A stretch of DNA of 53,405 nt from Minisyncoccia bacterium (GTDB lineage: Bacteria; Patescibacteriota; Minisyncoccia; Phycocordibacterales; Zambryskibacteraceae): positions 1 through 53,405 of the forward strand of contig JBAQOA010000014.1 in NCBI GenBank assembly GCA_049304335.1, written 5' to 3'. Numbering within the stretch: the stretch's first letter is position 1; every line of letters begins with the position of its first letter. The translations under genes were made by a program, and so were the position numbers. The notes under the pieces are model-generated. The model did no database searches. It saw only the letters and a list, made by a program, of their open reading frames with translations, and was not told where the DNA came from. Below are positions 50,489 to 53,405 of the stretch, in pieces.

Positions 50489-50821
50489 GTGGAAAAACTG
50501 AGTAATATTTCTTATAGAACAGAAGTACCGTGCTACAAAACCATTCAACCAAACGGGCCAATGCCAAACAGACAACAGCGCGTCCGTGTCCGAAATCGGC
50601 GGCATGCGCGAGTGAAGCAGAAGCGGTGTCTCGTGAAGCACGCCAATATCCTCGGGGTTTCGTACGCAGATATCCTTGCTCAGCGACGCGAAGCGCACGA
50701 AGCGCGTGTACGCTTCCATGAGCATCGGCTGACCGAAATTCTCCGCGATCGGGAGAACAATCGAGTGTCCAGGAGGTTCGACTTGTCCATGAGAATGGGC
50801 GCGTACAACCGCGGGTGGTAG
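50489..50821 (+). CDS. GC-rich Arg-rich small ORF with an HTH-like ANILGVSYADIL segment (coding status and strand uncertain)
   Basis: Two plus-strand hairpins follow the stop, as in the other GC islands. No SD is present, Arg content is ~20%, and a same-phase antisense ORF (50477..50866) exists. Confidence 0.3.
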   Translation: MEKLSNISYRTEVPCYKTIQPNGPMPNRQQRVRVRNRRHARVKQKRCLVKHANILGVSYADILAQRREAHEARVRFHEHRLTEILRDRENNRVSRRFDLSMRMGAYNRGW

Positions 50822-50839
50822 GTAGAGTGTCACGCTAAG

Positions 50840-50896
50840 GGGGAGCGATTCGTCGCTCCCCTGCACCCCGTACTAGAGCAAAGCTCAGTACGGGGT
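50840..50896 (+). terminator. tandem GC-rich hairpins
   Basis: GGGGAGCG attcgt CGCTCCCC (50840-50861), then ACCCCGTACTaGAGC aaa GCTCAGTACGGGGT (50865-50896) followed by TTCGTTT. Confidence 0.55.
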
Positions 50897-50924
50897 TTCG
50901 TTTACTTGATTATTTTATTAAAAA

Positions 50925-51083
50925 TTATTTATGAGATTTGCCGTGCTGTTTGCCTGCAATGTCTTGGGGCTTACGCTTCCCTACTGCTGAGCCATGCAAG
51001 GCCATTTTCATCCGCGCATTTTTTGTAGTGAGCACGAATCGTGCCTTTGTCATTGAATTATTTTTGTTTCTATTTAATGCCAT
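50925..51083 (-). CDS. unlisted 52-aa basic ORF with leaderless promoter geometry
   Basis: Hand translation MALNRNKNNSMTKARFVLTTKNARMKMALHGSAVGKRKPQDIAGKQHGKSHK. TGCTAGAAT (51098-51090, minus strand) ends 6 nt before the ATG. Confidence 0.35.
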   Translation of the reverse strand: MALNRNKNNSMTKARFVLTTKNARMKMALHGSAVGKRKPQDIAGKQHGKSHK

Positions 51084-51174
51084 ATAGGTATTCTAGCAAA
51101 TAAATGTGAATAAATAACTAATGAATAATGAATAGCCATGTGTATTCTAACGTTCTATAGAATATTAGAATACA

Positions 51175-51627
51175 TTAATCGCCGAGCTGTTTGATTATTT
51201 TGAAATGTTTTTCGGATACTGGTTGAACAGAAAGGCGACTCCCCTGCTGTGCCAACAAAATACCTTTGAGCTTTGGATTAAATTTTATTTGGCTAAGTGT
51301 TACTGGGTTTTTAAACTTTTTTACAAAACCGAAATCCACCATTTCCCAAATAGGTTTTTCTTTTGTTGATTTCGCATCATAATGGTCGTCTTTTTTATCT
51401 AAGGCAGTTAAATCTGGATGAGTCTCCTTAATCACCTTTGCAATGCCCACGACTGCGGTCGGATTGCTACTTGAGTGATAAAAGAGAGCCAAATCGCCCT
51501 TCTTCATACTCTTCATGAAGTTTCTTGCCTGATAATTCCGTACGCCAGACCAACTAGCCTTTTTATCCTTCTTAAAATTGTCTATTGAGTAACAATCAGG
51601 TTCTGATTTTATAAGCCAGTAGTTCAC
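51175..51627 (-). CDS. EVE (PUA-like) domain protein
   Basis: NYWLIKSEPD..SWSGVRNYQARNFMKSMKKGDLALFYHS is the EVE/ASCH-like signature. The GTG start directly follows the upstream TAA. Confidence 0.8.
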   Translation of the reverse strand: MNYWLIKSEPDCYSIDNFKKDKKASWSGVRNYQARNFMKSMKKGDLALFYHSSSNPTAVVGIAKVIKETHPDLTALDKKDDHYDAKSTKEKPIWEMVDFGFVKKFKNPVTLSQIKFNPKLKGILLAQQGSRLSVQPVSEKHFKIIKQLGD

Positions 51628-52179
51628 TTAATTTAAATTATCAATAATCTGATTGAGTTTTTCCATTAAGTTGATACTGCTCATTCCTTCTGGATTTTTA
51701 TCATTTTTTTGAAATAAGGCTTGACTCGAAAGTTTTTCCACCTTGTTTTTTGTATCGCTCAGTGGGTTGTTCCATTTCGTCGTGAACAGAATCAAAATCA
51801 AAACCGCTATTGTTGATACTAGCAGCACCCAGTTGGCCGTTTTATTGGACTCCTCTTTTATTTTTAATGCCACAATTAAAAAAGAGATCATAAGTATTAA
51901 GCAAATCGTCATCAAAATCATAAACCAAACAGCAACTTTCATATTATCAATTTTTGAAAACACGCTTATATTTACAGAAATAAAAGTGAATAAACCGAAT
52001 AGAATTGCCAATAATTCAGTCAGTTTATTTTGTTGATCGCGTTCACGGGCCTCTGCCTTCTCTAGTCTTTCGTTAATATTATCCAATCTGCTTTGTAACT
52101 GTTCAGCGGTTTGACCTGAAAAATTTTCCTGTTTAGAGCTTTTTGCTGGGGAACCAGTTGTTACTTTTGTTTTAGACAT
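51628..52179 (-). CDS. three-TM membrane protein with an N-terminal coiled coil
   Basis: Coiled coil QLQSRLDNINERLEKAEARERDQQNKL, then three hydrophobic helices. Its ATG overlaps the upstream stop (ATGTCTAA). Confidence 0.55.
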   Translation of the reverse strand: MSKTKVTTGSPAKSSKQENFSGQTAEQLQSRLDNINERLEKAEARERDQQNKLTELLAILFGLFTFISVNISVFSKIDNMKVAVWFMILMTICLILMISFLIVALKIKEESNKTANWVLLVSTIAVLILILFTTKWNNPLSDTKNKVEKLSSQALFQKNDKNPEGMSSINLMEKLNQIIDNLN

Positions 52180-52588
52180 CTTCTTGTGTTCCGTTTACTT
52201 TAGCTGTTCCCACATTCTCAATTTTTGGTCTTGATTCAAAAAAGGTAATAGTAATGTTACGAACAAATGTATCGTTTGATGCTTTCATTGAGTAAACACT
52301 TATACCAAAAGATACCTCCGTCTTTTCTGAAGTAGTCCATATTGGAACCCTCTCAATACTTGCCATACCCAATGAATTCGTAAATTTTTTTAACTCAACA
52401 TCAATAATTTTGGTTGCATTGTCAGGGACAACTTGCACCCCGGCGTCTTCACTTTTGTCGTTAAATTTAAAAATTATCTTCCAATCTTTTATGTAATTAT
52501 CAATAGTAAATCCATCTCCATATACTGTAAAAGACTGACTATCAACTATTTCGCTGCCGTCATTTTCAAGAATCTTAAGCGTAGACAT
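52172..52588 (-). CDS. hypothetical 138-aa beta-rich protein, first gene of the EVE operon
   Basis: Trimmed to ATG 52588, which lies 9 nt after TATAAT (52603-52598). No motif recognised. Confidence 0.5.
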   Translation of the reverse strand: MSTLKILENDGSEIVDSQSFTVYGDGFTIDNYIKDWKIIFKFNDKSEDAGVQVVPDNATKIIDVELKKFTNSLGMASIERVPIWTTSEKTEVSFGISVYSMKASNDTFVRNITITFFESRPKIENVGTAKVNGTQEDV

Positions 52589-52743
52589 ATTTATGCAATT
52601 ATAACTTAATCCAACAACCCTTCCCACCAACTACCTGTGTGATGCAAAAGCAAATAAGCGGGGCCGTAGATTGGGAGAAGCACAAAAAATAAGACCTTTT
52701 TAGACATCGTTTCTGTATTTTATATTAAATTTTTACTTATTAG

Positions 52744-53001
52744 CTACTGGACAGGCACTTTCACAGTTTGTGAGATTTGTCCGAGGGCCTCAAGCATGAA
52801 TGGCTTTAAGTGATCTGTCCACCAAGTCCACATAATTCCAAAGAAGTGCCCCACAGTATAAGGCAGGCCATTTGTGCGAACACTCTCCCAAACGTCAAAA
52901 TTGTATGAATATTTTAGGATTAAATAGAGAATTATTATAAGTAGAAGTAATGGTATAAACCCGCGTTCATTTTTTAGATTAAAATTCTTTTCTGATTTCA
53001 T
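52744..53001 (-). CDS. small membrane protein
   Basis: 85-aa ORF with one clear TM helix (FIPLLLLIIILYLIL). Confidence 0.4.
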   Translation of the reverse strand: MKSEKNFNLKNERGFIPLLLLIIILYLILKYSYNFDVWESVRTNGLPYTVGHFFGIMWTWWTDHLKPFMLEALGQISQTVKVPVQ

Positions 53002-53048
53002 TTTATTTTTTTACGCCTCTCATACTTTTAATTATATCAAACTTATTA

Positions 53049-53405
53049 TTATGGTAAATATGTTAATGGGTCTAAGTACGCATTGATTCCAGCGGCAACC
53101 GTTTTTATACCGGCACAATATGTTGAGCCAAGTGATGATGCGTCAACGATTCTTATGCCAGCTGTTGCAAAAACTCCAAAGTGCAAGTGTGGGCCTGTTG
53201 CATAACCAGTCTGTCCGCTGTAGCCGATTACTTGCCCGTTCACCACAGCACTTCCCGGCTTTACGAGTACCACTGATAAATGCCCATAAATTGTAGAAAG
53301 TCCATTCGGGTGTTTTATAAGCACCCATTTACCATACTGACAGCCCTGTCTCGTCTTCACACTTTCTGTATCTGTTACAGTGCCACTAAGTGAAGCAACT
53401 ATAGG
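53049..53405 (-). CDS. M23 (LytM-type) peptidase, 5' end outside the window
   Basis: GYSGQTGYATGPHLHFGV motif. The frame stays open to the window edge. Confidence 0.75.
   Translation of the reverse strand, partial: PIVASLSGTVTDTESVKTRQGCQYGKWVLIKHPNGLSTIYGHLSVVLVKPGSAVVNGQVIGYSGQTGYATGPHLHFGVFATAGIRIVDASSLGSTYCAGIKTVAAGINAYLDPLTYLP

Noticed and set aside
50477-50866. 129-aa minus-strand ORF read as an upstream member of the lexA operon.
   Set aside because: Not fully rejected; see the finding for 50477-50900. Its GTG start sits between two hairpins, it has no SD sequence, and it runs into the lexA operator and promoter. It is not listed as a feature because the same-phase plus-strand ORF fits the terminator architecture of the other GC islands better.
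1-53405. CRISPR arrays, rRNA genes, transposase or integrase genes, prophage blocks and alternative genetic code (UGA recoding).
   Set aside because: No regularly spaced direct repeats and no rRNA-like segments were seen. No transposase- or integrase-like translations were seen. Conserved genes reach the expected length with standard stops, including TGA (for example 3365-3367 and 32548-32550), so there is no need to invoke code 4 or code 25.

Overview
AT-rich, gene-dense bacterial chromosome segment. Two hand-counted 60-nt lines show the contrast: 18/60 G+C at 2941-3000 against 34/60 in a GC-rich island at 2041-2100. No homology search was possible, so all calls rest on motifs read from the translations and on the DNA itself. 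The backbone is housekeeping: priA-def-fmt, frr-rseP, proS, mreBCD-mrdA plus a second mreB, greA-lysS, mraZ-rsmH-ftsL-ftsI-murF, rplU, recR-dnaB-cysS, rplI, rpmA, DsbA/VKOR, lexA plus a Y-family polymerase, tRNA-Asn and tRNA-Glu. Small genes, degenerate core enzymes and the lack of Shine-Dalgarno sites suggest a reduced-genome lineage, possibly Patescibacteria/CPR-like; this is inference only. The observations that stand out are: (1) a three-copy ~130-nt hairpin-ended element sitting exactly on start codons and flanked by ATGAA direct repeats; (2) widespread leaderless geometry, with a -10 box 6-8 nt before the start codon; (3) at least eight GC-rich single-gene islands, seven checked as carrying a GGAGG-type SD, each with a GC-rich hairpin terminator; (4) a GIY-YIG gene flanked by a duplicated tRNA-Asn 5' end; (5) two GC-rich ~260-290-nt RNAs bounded by promoter and terminator that I cannot assign to a family; (6) an EVE-domain three-gene operon; and (7) a large soluble HerA/VirD4-like ATPase. 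No CRISPR array, rRNA gene or transposase gene was seen.
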